Positions 42,701-55,140 of a DNA stretch of 64,000 nt are shown piece by piece. Under the pieces are notes generated by a model. It ran no database searches. It saw only the letters and a program-made list of their open reading frames with translations, and had not been told where the DNA came from. Every line of letters begins with the position of its first letter. Position 1 is the first letter of the stretch. The DNA lies in assembly GCA_044892525.1 (NCBI GenBank), contig CM097885.1, forward strand, positions 17,300,001-17,364,000, written 5' to 3'. Origin of the DNA: Schmidtea polychroa (lineage: Eukaryota). The position numbers and the translations under genes were made by a program.

Positions 42701-44431
42701 CAGGGGCTGTTGCTAAGCCAAGTGGTAGTTCACTGAAGCAAAATTGTCCTACTCTTTTACTGAATGCAGTCATTTCTTGAATTTCTGGAGCCAATTCCAC
42801 TTGATAATACGCCTGACCTAAGTCGATTGACGAAAATATTTTTGCATTCGTGAGACAGTCTAGTAAGAATTTGGTGTTAGGCATCGGAAATGACTCTTTC
42901 TGTTATGGAATTCAATCCACGATAATCTACACACATCCTTCTTCATGGATATTGTTGGCAGCTTCCTTTCTGAGCCATTCGGGATTCTCGCATTTCTCAA
43001 GAATTGTTCTCTTGGAGATTGTTCTCGACGACCATGGTTATTTCCTTCGTATTGTATTGGTCCACTTATAGGATGTTCGTCTCTTCCTGATCTGTGGTGA
43101 CTAAATGACTCTTCTGATAGTCTTCTTTGTGGTGATGTAGTTATGGGATCTTGGTTATTCTTTTGAATTCTCATTTGCTCTCCCTCAGTCACGCTAGCGT
43201 ATGTTCTTTGACTGATTGCTTTTATAAATTCCATTTTATTGTTTTCATTTTTGTTACTTTCAAAAATTTTCGCCAATGATCTCGTTTCTTCAATTTTTGT
43301 TTCTGGTTTTGTCAATAGTATCTCCCGCAGTCTCGCATCGCGTGCTTTATTTGCGATGAAGTCTTTGAATAATATCTTCTGATCGTCCTGAATTTACAAC
43401 TTCAGCTAAAGCTTTCCTTAGCCGTATCTCAAAAGCTGCAAACCTTTCATCATCTTCCTATTCCATAGCTGCCAATTCTTTTATTTTATCAGTTATTGAT
43501 TTTGTAATTGTGAACGTATGTAAGAACCACGCTTTGGCTTTTGCATCTGTTGTTTCTGTTTCTCTGACGTTTCCCCACAATGTCTTTGCTTCTGCCACTA
43601 ATAACACATCGAAAGTGCTTTTCAATCGTTGTCTATTTGTAAGCAGCCATTCTTCTATATCACTGATCCATTCTTCGGCTTCTTTTAAACCTCGTCCATC
43701 ATATAGTCTGATGTTCAGTGTGAGCATATATTGGCATGATTTCGGTAGGCATTCCATTAGCGATTTTGTCGATTTCGAAATGGCGTTGATATTTTGATTT
43801 TCGGCGTTGTCGCCAGTTAAATCCATCTTTAAATCCATTTTTAAATTTCTCAGCAAAAGTCTTGAACTCAACAATATATATTTAATCAAAAGGATTTATA
43901 AATAAAAAGTTTTTAATTTTTTACAAAAACCGCCAACTCCAATTATTAAAACAACAAGATATCTAACTATTATAATTACTCAATGATTGAATGTGATCTT
44001 TAGAGGTATTATATCAGTGTACTTTGGAATTTTATAAACATCATTTAAAAATTTCTAAACTAGATTGATAATATCAAGTCAAATTTCTTTTTTACTCTGC
44101 CATCTTTTCATCATTATTATTAGCACTTAAAATATAAGATATTTTTTATACCTTTCCATTGTGTACTTTTAAAATATATATTCATAAAGCCAATATTGTA
44201 AACTTTTACATTTTTCGATGAATAATCTTTTAGGAAATGCTTCTCTATAATCCTCCGGATAGAATTAATTCTAGAGATGCATTGTTGCATTCATATTTTG
44301 CTAATTTGAATAGAAGTCAGTTACCTGCTCATGGAGAAGAACATAGGGCATCTCCGTTTGAAGCTCCTCATAAATCAAAATTTAATTCAGTCAAAGAAAA
44401 TAATTTTATGGACACTCCAACAATTAAATAG
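30721..44431 (+). CDS. cdk1: Cyclin-dependent kinase 1; exons 30721-30790, 30837-30993, 31053-31344, 31387-31695, 44234-44431
   Basis: [44 protein letters not shown] and GDSEIDQ; all introns GT-AG and in frame; last intron 12.5 kb. Confidence 0.92.
32020..33900. repeat. Minisatellite array with higher-order structure
   Basis: ~40-50 bp monomers with core GTGATGTAATCATTTATA; 693-bp (32211 vs 32904) and 240-bp (33541 vs 33781) higher-order periods. Confidence 0.9.
33967..36924 (-). mobile_element. hAT (Blackjack-like) transposon, degenerate
   Basis: TIR TAGCGTGA(A/C)CA, 8-bp TSD GCTATATC/GTTATATC; fragments [35 protein letters not shown]. Confidence 0.82.
35008..35934. mobile_element. 927-bp TGTT...AACA insertion (solo LTR-like)
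   Basis: 4-bp TSD TAAG; removing it restores the transposase sequence [14 protein letters not shown]. Confidence 0.75.
38551..41188 (+). mobile_element. Ty3/Gypsy retrotransposon fragment: gag (zinc knuckles), protease, RT; frameshifted
   Basis: CFCCGE knuckle, [10 protein letters not shown] (protease D>N), [13 protein letters not shown]; ends at APILDFP. Confidence 0.9.
41189..43840 (-). mobile_element. Related Ty3/Gypsy fragment in opposite orientation: gag, RT, RNase H, partial integrase
   Basis: Gag start LTGDNAEN parallels [24 protein letters not shown]...[12 protein letters not shown]; protease region deleted near 42950. Confidence 0.9.
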
Positions 44432-44529
44432 TTATTGTTTGTTTATTAATAATTTGTTTCATGAGATTCGTTAGTTTTGAAAATAGATAATAGCTTCATG
44501 GTGTTTTAATTTAATTATTCTAATTAATG

Positions 44530-44649
<120 letters not shown>

Positions 44650-45587
44650 GTTATTATTATTATTGAGATTGTACAAATTTAAAATTAATTATCAAATTAT
44701 GTGCAAAAATTTAATTAAAAATATGAAATCATAAGAACTCTTTTCAATTTTCACCGTTGATTTATTTTCAATTGACATTGTATTTATTAAAAAACTTGAC
44801 TATGAATTTTAATAAATACATTTTTTTTAATAAATACAATGATAAAAATACGAAAATCAATATTTCTCAGGAGAAATATATGATCGGATAGCAAGCGAAA
44901 GTTAAATACGAATATACAAATTGTAAAACGATTGGAGATTTGTAGGAAACATAAATACAAAATAATTGTTTAAAATGTTGTTGACAACATTAACCATTTT
45001 AGTAGAAAATCAAAATCCTTGAGCCTGGCTGGTGTAAGATTGTGAAACGGCTTGAATATAGATATGTTTAGTGTTTAGTTGACGAGTTCGTGGTCGAAAA
45101 AGGATTATTATTTTTGTAGTGTTTAACATTAGCGATAGTTACAGATTACCTAGTTATTACAGTTATCTTGTCTGTCTCCAAAGTTTTCTGTCCTTAACCC
45201 AAGTTGCGTTGCACTTTTATACACTAGCATCTAATAGAATTTACACATAATTCTGTTGTTTTTAATTTCAGCTTTCAGCACATTTTCAATTGGTCATCCG
45301 TAATTTATCATCTATTATCTCTAACAGCTGTCAAATTCCTTTTCAAATTGTACTTATTAATTAAGAATGATTTTGTCGAATTTCATTTTGTTTAATTTTA
45401 TTATTTAGATATCCTCTACAATATTATAATCGATTATGTCACACTCTCGTTGCAATTTAAATTATTATAAATCTTAATGATTCAGCCATCGTAAAAGGAG
45501 CTAAACTGACAAAATAAATTTTTATCACATGGCTTATTGAAACATAAAAACAAATAACGAGACTCGAACTGCATGAATGTGACTGAT

Positions 45588-46231
45588 TCAGGTTTTCGGT
45601 AACACATTCCATAAATCCGATAATTCAAATCCGTCTTTAAGTTTACCAATTACAAGACCCAATTCTTCGTTGAAAACTGGCTCCGATGTTTCCTGACCAA
45701 CATTATCAGCTAAATATGTCTGGAAATATTTACACAGACCAATTAAATAAAGATTTATCGAAAAACCTACAGCAAAAACATCCGATTGCTCAGGCCCATT
45801 ATCGATTTCAATATCGTCATTAGATTGGTCGACGGAAATTGCGCGTCCGTCATTTTGTGATCCCTACATTTGAATTGACAGATGGATTGGAAAATTAAAA
45901 ATTACAATATCGTCTTCTATTTCATAATCAACTCCGAAATTTGGATTTTTAACGTAGACTTTTAACAAACTGCTCGTTTCTTGAAGAATAGAATTTAATT
46001 TTTCCAATGGGTCAGTTCTGAATCCGAGTACATAGCCACCACTCTTAATACAAATTGAAATATTTGATAAAATAGTTTCTCTGTGATTATGATAGAATGG
46101 ATCATTCAATGCATCTTTGTAAGGAAATTGAAAATTTAGTAAAAGTAATAGTAATCTTAATAATAAGTATAAAGTGATTATTTCTTGGTAGCAGCATTAA
46201 TTAATTGTTTGATAGTAATAATAATATTAAC

Positions 46232-46307
<76 letters not shown>

Positions 46308-49300
46308 GTAAATAATTAATTAATAAAAGGTAATAATAAAAAATATATAATAAATAAAAATAAAGATAAATAACAATATATTATAATATTAATAATAATT
46401 ATTATTAATCATTATTATTAAATCTTTATTATTGATCATTATTAATAATAATTATTAATAATCATTTTTGTTAATTATTATTATTAATCAATTGTTAATC
46501 ATTATTAATCAATCATTGTTATATGAAACCTGTTCTGAAGTTTGAACAACAAGAGCTTTGCCAAATTTAGAATCTTGAACTTTAACATATTTCTAAGGCG
46601 ATAAAATCAAATATATGAAAGGCAAATAGAATAAATATAAACGTACAATCTGAATGTAAGGCAAGCTGACATTAAAATTGGTGTTTATTGCCGCATACCA
46701 TATCAACCTTACATTAGTAAGAACAAAAGTTCCGAGATTTCCTTGGTCTGAAGATAGATTCCACACCCCAGCGGTTTCAGAATAAATCTGTTCATTCGGC
46801 AATAAACAGACTTTCTTATTGTCGAGTAGAGATATTCTCAACTTGAGATCCCGATATAGTCTACTAGTGTCATATGCCCTATGGACTGCTATAACCGACG
46901 TGAAGAGACGCGTGCTGCCGGTGACCTAATGATAAGAGAACCAGTAAAGACAACATAAGCCACTAAATAACCAGATTAGTAAATATAAATTCATATCGTG
47001 TTGTTCGAGACTTTGTTAGTACAAATAATGCTTCGGTATGTCCTTTCAATTTCTAAATATAACGGCAGTGTTATTACAGAATGGTTCTAACATATTTCAC
47101 AAAACAATGAAACAAGCACTACAACTTAGCATTCGAATAGCAATTTTATTACTACGTGTTTTACCAGTGCATGTATTTCATAATATAATTATAATAACTA
47201 ATGACGAATTATGAGGACTGGAATATTCAACATTCATCCAGCACACATGGAGACATCAATACAAAATAATTATAATAGGTTAGATAATATAACATAATAA
47301 TCAGAACAATCAAATGTTCCATTACAATTACATCACAGTTATCATTTATGTTAACCCTTTAATGTCCAATTTTTTTCACACAGTGCTACAACGAACACAC
47401 TACAACTTCTGAACCAATAGTCACGACAAATGTGTATATCAGTTCATCGCTGCTCACTAGTCCCAACAATATGTGTTCCCTGAAAGTGCCGACAGACAGA
47501 AGCGGTCAAATTACACTCAAATTACTAAATTATGGAAGAAAAAAATTTTAAGTACCGTTATACAGTGAAGGGTTAAACAAGTAAATAATAAGCCTTTTTT
47601 ATTATCTTTATAATATGGGTTTAAATAATTTTTACATTAACCCTACACTGCATGACTTTTTATATTAAGTACTTTGTACACTTTCACTTAAACTGTAAGA
47701 CGTTTTAAAAATTGATTTGGTAATACAAAACTATTGAGAATTACATTACGGTTTTTTTGTATTATATTGCAAATATAGCCAATACAATGTAATATGAGAG
47801 AACATTTACCGAGAACAAGAGCGAGTCAGTTTTTATTCTAATAAGATAATTGTGTATCACCAGTGATACAATATGCAGTGTAGGGTTAAGCTAAATTTTG
47901 CACAAATTAATGATTTTTATCCTATATGAAGGTAAGTCAAACACTATTGTTTCTAAGGTTCCGTTTTATCATAAACAAAATATATTTAAACATGAATTTG
48001 CGATTTGAGAATGGCTACCAATAAGATATGCTAGGGCACCTTTAAAATTAATATATGATGCTAATTATAATATAAATCGCAGAAATGACAAATCGAATAT
48101 CAGTATTTCGATGAATGTAACGTTTTCTGGAAATTTAAAAGGAGCATCAATTTAGCTAAGAATTCAGTTGTCAGAGTCCCAGAGGGCTTATGAATATATT
48201 ACAGCTCTATTCAAGTAGTTACGAGCTAGATACAATTTATTTTCTATTTTCAGCAATTTAAAGTTTTAATAAATTATTTTATTTATTTTCTATTTTTAAT
48301 AAATTATTTTATTTATTTTTTATTTTTAATAAATTATTTTATTTATTTTCTATTTTCAGCAATTTAAAGTTTTAATAAATTATTTTATTTATTTTTTATT
48401 TTTAATAAATTATTTTATTTATTTTTTATTTTTAATAAATTATTTTATTTATTTTCTATTTTTAGCAATTTAAAGTTTTAATAATTTATTTTCTATTTTT
48501 AGTAATTTAAAGCTTTAATAAATTATATTTTTTAAATTAGTTTAATTTTTATATTTAAAAATTTTAATTTCTAATCAATTTTTTAAATAAATTTTTATTT
48601 TTAACAAATAAATATGATTGACATTCCCTTGTAATTATAGAATATAAGACTCCTTTTTCCAACCAAAAAGATACAAATGTTCTCGACATTTGAAAAACTC
48701 TACATAAGTAACAATTTGCCCCCGTTGTCACGCAGATTACCTAAAATTTAATAATTCATAAAACATTCATTAATTCTCGATTCTGATATTTATTATTCAA
48801 TAATGTTTATTAATCGATAATATTATTAATTTTGTTAATAAAATAAAATTTTATGAAAAAAGTAATATTTATTTGTATTGCCCCCCCCCGTTTTGATTTT
48901 AAATTTCTTGTAAGGAAAATGACCCAATAGACAGTTTTAATTGAAATTTTTGTGTAGGAAATAAATTATCGGGAGAAATATTGAAATAATGTCCGTTTCA
49001 TTGCTTCATGAAGTTAACAACATCAATTAACTTACTGAAACAACTGACTTAGTTGTGATATTAATCACACAGTTATAACCAATTGCTATTAATAAAGTAA
49101 AAATTTTTATTCAACTATATTAGCTATTTACATAGATTTATCTTTGGATAATTGTGCGAATGCCATATTAACCTCAAATTAGTGACTATTAAGCGTCCTA
49201 ATATGTGGTGAAACAATTATTGAAACTTTTCAATTCAGATAGATACCTTTTTCACCATTGTTTCCTTTTGTATCTTCAACAGAATCTAATGAATCGATTA

Positions 49301-49440
49301 TTTTTTCACCGGGTCTATTTTTAATATCCCTATATTAATATTATTTATTTGAAAGATACTCAAAAAAGATATTACTGGATAATGCAATCAAACTGAATAT
49401 CTCGGTCTTGCCAAAGAACATCATAACCTGATTTTGACAT
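45588..49440 (-). CDS. bbs5: Bardet-Biedl syndrome 5 protein (multi-exon)
   Basis: Exons encode [68 protein letters not shown] and [12 protein letters not shown], all characteristic of BBS5. Confidence 0.93.
47355..47572. mobile_element. TTAA-flanked MITE-like element
   Basis: TTAA-CCCTT...AAGGG-TTAA with short imperfect TIR. Confidence 0.45.
47641..47885. mobile_element. 245-bp piggyBac-type MITE, inverted relative to 21587-21831
   Basis: TTAA flanks, same TIR, shared internal sequence. Confidence 0.85.
48230..48530. repeat. AT-rich tandem repeat (~30/50-bp units)
   Basis: Reiterated TTTTAATAAATTATTTTATTTATTTT. Confidence 0.8.
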
Positions 49441-51419
49441 TATGTCTGATAAAATTATTTTATAATAATTAAAACTCTAAAATTTATCAAAATTAATTAA
49501 TTTTAAAAATAATTATTTAAATTAGTAACAATGTATCTATACTTTTAACTATTTTAAACAAACGAATTCAATAGAATTGCTTTGAATAATATTAAATGTT
49601 GTCTTTAATAGAATTATAATTAATGTAAAAATTAATGTGAACTTAAAAAGAATTCTTTTAGATTGATTAATACAAAATTATTTTGAAAAATCTTGACTCA
49701 TCGGGACAAATTTTTTAATTTTAATATTAAAATTAAACTCTTGACCAAAAATGATGGCCTTTTTGGGCTAGAAGGCCAATAATTAAAAACTTAATTAAAA
49801 TTAATTAATTAATAGTAAGTAAAATAAGACGTTCGAACAGTCAACATAAACATTTATACCACAGCAACTATATTTAAAATAATAAAAATCACACCAACTA
49901 AACATATTAATAAACAAGACACTTAATTAAAAAATAAAACACGAATAAATAAATAACATGCATTAATAAATAAAATTTCTTTTAAAAATTAGATAAAAAT
50001 AAAATTAATTACGATATTATTCGATTGTTAATCGAAACAAAATATTAAATCGGCCATCAACCAATGAAGTTAGGCCTCGACTGATTGGTCAGAAAATACG
50101 ATATAAAGACTGTTCCAACAGTGACAAATAACAAACATTATTTCTGGCACACAACTAATTTTTGTTCTTTTATCAACTTATCACGTAATCATCTTTTGGA
50201 AATAAATAATTTTTAGCTTGTGTTTTATGTTTTTGTAATTTTTATGCAATCATCGTAAACTTTCCTTTACGTTTAAATAAATATCTATGATAATTTATGT
50301 TTTATTATTTCGTTCTATTGACTTTACGAGACAGCACAAAATTTATGACATCCCACTAGCAGGTGGAGGAAGGCTCTAGGATCTATTAGGTTCTCGGAAG
50401 GCTTCCGAAACTTACCTGATAAAGAGCAAATACATCATTTGAAGAACTTGGTTTTTGATAACTGGTAACTACCCAACGCCCATATGCCATGATATGAGAC
50501 AGTTATAGAGAATTAATTCGCCGAATGAAAGATTTTCAAGACTATAAAGCTGTCCTGCGACTGGTGGCGTATCAGAAGACCCATGCTCCACAATATCAGA
50601 CAGTGAGCTAATAACTGTGGTTGTCAGAGGGAAACATAGCACACCTCTTTGAAACATTTTCGGACGGGTCGAGCTTTTGACCTGAGGAAGGTGTAGAAGC
50701 CCGCAGGCTAGAAACTTGGTCGACCTAGCAGAGAACACCCCACATACGTCTCCGCTAATACATTCCGACATTAGTGTGTGGTATATTTTAAAATACAGTG
50801 ACCAAAACAGTAAACTACTAGGAAACTCTGTCTCGAGGATGGGGTCACAAAATCGTTCATACGAGTTTCAGTATGAGAACGTTGATAGGAGAAGACCATA
50901 AACATTTAAAAGATACATAATAGCAGCTGATTGAATAAAACGTTTATAACTTCGCCCGACGAGTCACTATCGCATTAGTAAATTCATGAGTTCCAGTAAA
51001 TTATATTGAGTAACATTAAGCGAGGGTTTAAATAAAATAGATAAGGCACCGTAGAAAATTAAGGTTAAAATTACATATGACTACAAGACTGTTTGATCGA
51101 CACCTATGCACGAAAATCATCACATATAACGTACAGACTTAATCAAGAAATCTTATGTAGTCACTATCGATGATAGAATAATTAGGTCATGGGTACTCAC
51201 ACAATAAACTAATAAATAGCCACCAGGAAGCTACTTAATCAATACCAACGAGATTTAGATGATGTAATGATGCTCGAAGCAAAAAAAAACTATAGTCTAT
51301 TCCTCAAATTTTGGGTGCAAAATCCTGACCTGTACATTTTTATAGAACTTCTCACTTATAGTCAAATAGTGAAATAATCGAGTTTCTTGTATAAATAAAA
51401 TTACAATAATTGAATCCTG

Positions 51420-52800
51420 TATTAATAGTTCCCTTCGGTTCCCTTCAGCGCTCTGGTTTCTCACGGGTTCGATCTACCCATTAGCTTGGACTTCCGATTA
51501 CCGATTAATTAACTTTAATTAATTAATTTGTTTTTCGTTATAACTTTCCCTTTGAAACCCTTATTAAATTGAGATCTGTAAATTAAAATAAATTAAAATA
51601 AAATTTAGGTTAAAAATCAAATAAAAAGTGAGTCGAAGATAAAAGACAAATAAAAGCGTGATCATGTAGAGAATTGATAGTAAAGGAAAGTATGATGGAA
51701 GCAGTATTAGGAAATGGTAAAAGCAGTTGCGAAAAGCAAGAATCCGGAAATCCGAGAAAAATCAATAAATTGTAAAATCATCGAAATCGAATTTGGAAAC
51801 GGAACAGGTATAGATTAGCTAATGGTCAACAAGATGATGATTAGGGATTTATCAGAAAATGGTTAGAAAGGGTCGAAAAGCATTCAAATGGATTAAAACA
51901 GAAAACATTAATTAATTAATTGATTGGCTAATAGAAAACCCGAGCTAATGGGAAACCCGAGAGATGAAGGAAACCCGAGCTGGGTAAACAAGAAGAAAAG
52001 TAAACAGAAAGAAGATTTGGGCCCATTAGCTTGACACAATGATTAATTGGAAAAGAGCAAGGAGAAGATAGGGCATGCAGAAAGGCCGGACGGGCCATTA
52101 ATTATTTTTGTTCGTTGGACCATTATGGGTGAGAGCCAAAGCAGATACGTGGAAGCAAATGTCAAGTGAGAGATTGACTCGGCAATAACCATTTGTCATC
52201 CCGATTTCGAAAAATATATAAGGAAGGGGAAAATCAGAACAAACCGGCATTTTGCCTCAGGTAGGGTTAGAAGAAATCGAGTTAGGAACAGGTAAAAACG
52301 AATTAAGGAGATTAGGGAGAAGTAGATATAGAATAGGAATACTGAAAGGTGAAAAGAATCAAATCAAACAGAAAAAGAGGAAAACGTTGGTCAAGAGAAC
52401 CTAAAGAAATAAAAGGTGAATATTATCTTTTGTTAAAGCATCAACGCCGTGCTGTAAATTTTGTTATTCCAATATACGTTGGGTAGTTATTGTTTTGATT
52501 TAAATGACACGAGGAGTCAGAAGTTACCGACTTAAATTAACTGAAAACACAACATATCGATGTTTGTTGATACTCACGAATTTTCAGCACTGCCTTTTTC
52601 AAGTGAATTCAAGTGAATATATATATTTGGTATTAGTACTAACCCCAACAAACACTAAACTTTGCTACTATACTCTTTGTTACTATTCGATAGATTTTGG
52701 ACTACCTTTAACTTTTACTGAAACACCTTTGACAAGGATTATTTGAATAAATTTATCTTCGAACCATTGGTCTTTGACTGAGAATGGTACATTCTTATGT
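51420..52800. mobile_element. LTR-family repeat remnant
   Basis: Shares AAACCCGAGCTAATGGGAAACCCGAG-type blocks with ~27910 (reverse) and ~61780; boundaries approximate. Confidence 0.45.
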
Positions 52801-53949
52801 AAGGGGTTTTTAAAATACAAAAATCAAATTATGCCTTTTCAGGAATTTCAATGATTTATTAATTAATGACAATTTCGATTATTGCATTTTTGTGGTCGCC
52901 TTTGATCACCACTCTTTTTTACTCTCAAAGGCCTTTTTTATTTAAATTTTATTTGTTAATTTTTTTCTATTCGGTTTGGTTTTCTATTAACTCAGAGTGT
53001 CCATTTTTCAATTAAAACTATTTAGAAACCAATATTATTATACTTCAGCTAATGGTTTGCACAAGGCAATTAAATTTATTTAGGTTTTTCTTAACTAATT
53101 TGTGTATTTTTGAATAACTTTTTTTCTTTTTTTTTAAATGACCCAAATATTTTATTCTTGATCATTCAGTTTTAGTTGTAAATATTCCTTAACCAAAATA
53201 ATATCAAATTTAATCTTGAAATTATGAGTTATAATCTTTGTCTTTCAGAGTACTCAAAATTTTAGGGATATCTGAGATAGAGAGGATGAATTTACGAAGT
53301 TGATAGTGCAATTGAATATGAATTATGAATTGAATTACGGATTAATAAAATCTTTTGTATACTTGCGTTAGTTTTAGTGCTAGGACTCAAAGAGAGATTA
53401 CTAGAGAAAGAAATTTAATTAACACATTAATTGCAAACTGCAAGATAAATCATAGCTATCAGATCAACAGAAAATTGAATTTAAGAAATGAAAACTTAAA
53501 TGACAGAATGTCGCGATCCATCGATTAAAACTTACCAAGAAAATAAACAAAAAAATTTGATAGAATAGACTTTTTAACAGATCATCCACGAATAGTTCAA
53601 TAGGTGTGCATTCAATCCGGTTCATATACAAATAATAGGTTACGGGCGGGTAGGATCTTTCACTTCTAGATTCTTATCCGATCAACACTTTCATTATATT
53701 CTCATTCACCTCTGCAACTGCGCATAATTGTTTTAATCAGTATCTAAACGCCTATTGCAAGCGACGTTGGTACTGCGATTGAGCGATTGGCTTTCGGCAA
53801 ATGTTAGGTCCTATGAGTCGGATCCCTAAAGAACCAACCCGCTGGATTCATAGGCTACTATAGAAGTTGTCGTGCCTCATTTTCTCTTATCCCTTCATCG
53901 TTTCGTTATGTATTCAATCTCCTAGTCATCATCCTAGACAACATTTTAG

Positions 53950-54730
53950 TTAAGGATGAGAAAATTTTATAAGTAAATACGAATAGAAATACATAAGGGG
54001 AGATGTGACCTCATGCAGATGCGTTTCCAGTTCATAGGCGTTACGGGCAATGGGAATCCTTTTGCGAACTCGTCTACCAGGGGCAACCCACAGAAACTCA
54101 ATAGGATTCAGACCAAGGCTTTGTGGAGCACAATCCAAAATGTTGATGCTGTGCTACAGAAAGAATTCCTGCATAATGTGTGAAGTATAGATTGGTGTAT
54201 TATCTTGTTGTAAAACCACTCAATTTCTGGGATAAAGGGAACAAACTCATTTTCCAGAATGGCACGGTATTTCACTGACGTCATGTGATTGCTGCATTTT
54301 ATTAGAGGGCCAGTTCTACGAGCTGAGAAGACTCCAAAACATGATGGAGCCCCTCCATATTTCACAGTTAGTTGAATGCAGTCAGGTTGAAATCGTTCTC
54401 CTACACGACGTCAGTAAAATTGCTGTCCATCAGATTTGAAAAGAGTGAAATGTGATTCAACACTCCAAATGACTGAGTGCCATTGTTCTGCTGTCCAAGC
54501 ACCACTTAAAGCGACGACGAATTGTTTCTGTAATCAAAGGCTTCCTTGCGCAGTATCTGTCTTAGAAACCATGAAGATGTAATGCGCGACGAATGGTGGA
54601 CATGTTAGAATGCACAGGGTCAGTGTTAAATGTGGACACTAACTTGGACAGGGGAAACCGAAAATGAGCCACCACAAGTCGTAACATCCGTAAAACATGC
54701 CCTTTTGAAAGTCTGTAGGCTCTATCGGAG
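53950..54730 (-). pseudogene. Tc1-family transposase remnant
   Basis: TVKYGG..., KYRAILEN, APQSLGLNPIEFLW (degenerate WPxQSPDLNPIE). Confidence 0.75.
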
Positions 54731-55140
54731 TAGCCATATTCTAAGAAAATGACAATCCTTCATTAACATGAATATCTGTTGTATGTCTGGTGTAAGTAGT
54801 GATATTCTGCGTGTGCGTTCGTGCGTTCATGTGCGCATGCAGTATGTTGAAGGTATTGATGACCTTTGTTCCCATTGCTGTTCATATTTGCACTCCAGGC
54901 GTTAATTATAAACTGCAATATGTAAATAACTGCTTTTATTTTAAATTAATAATTTTTGTTTTAATCAATGTCTATTTATTTTTATGAATTAAATTCTTCA
55001 TATTTCCACCTCAATTAAACAGCCGGTTTTTTCTCCTTGTTTTGCCCAACACAAATACAACAATAAAACAAATCAATTGAAAAGCATGAAATAGAAATTT
55101 ATTAATACAAATTTATTCTAAAAACATTTTTCTATTACTC

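Noticed and set aside
50040..50900. CCAAT/TATA-like motifs followed by GC-richer sequence with short ORFs
   Set aside because: The frame checked has many stops and no recognisable domain; probably a decayed TE, cannot be assigned.
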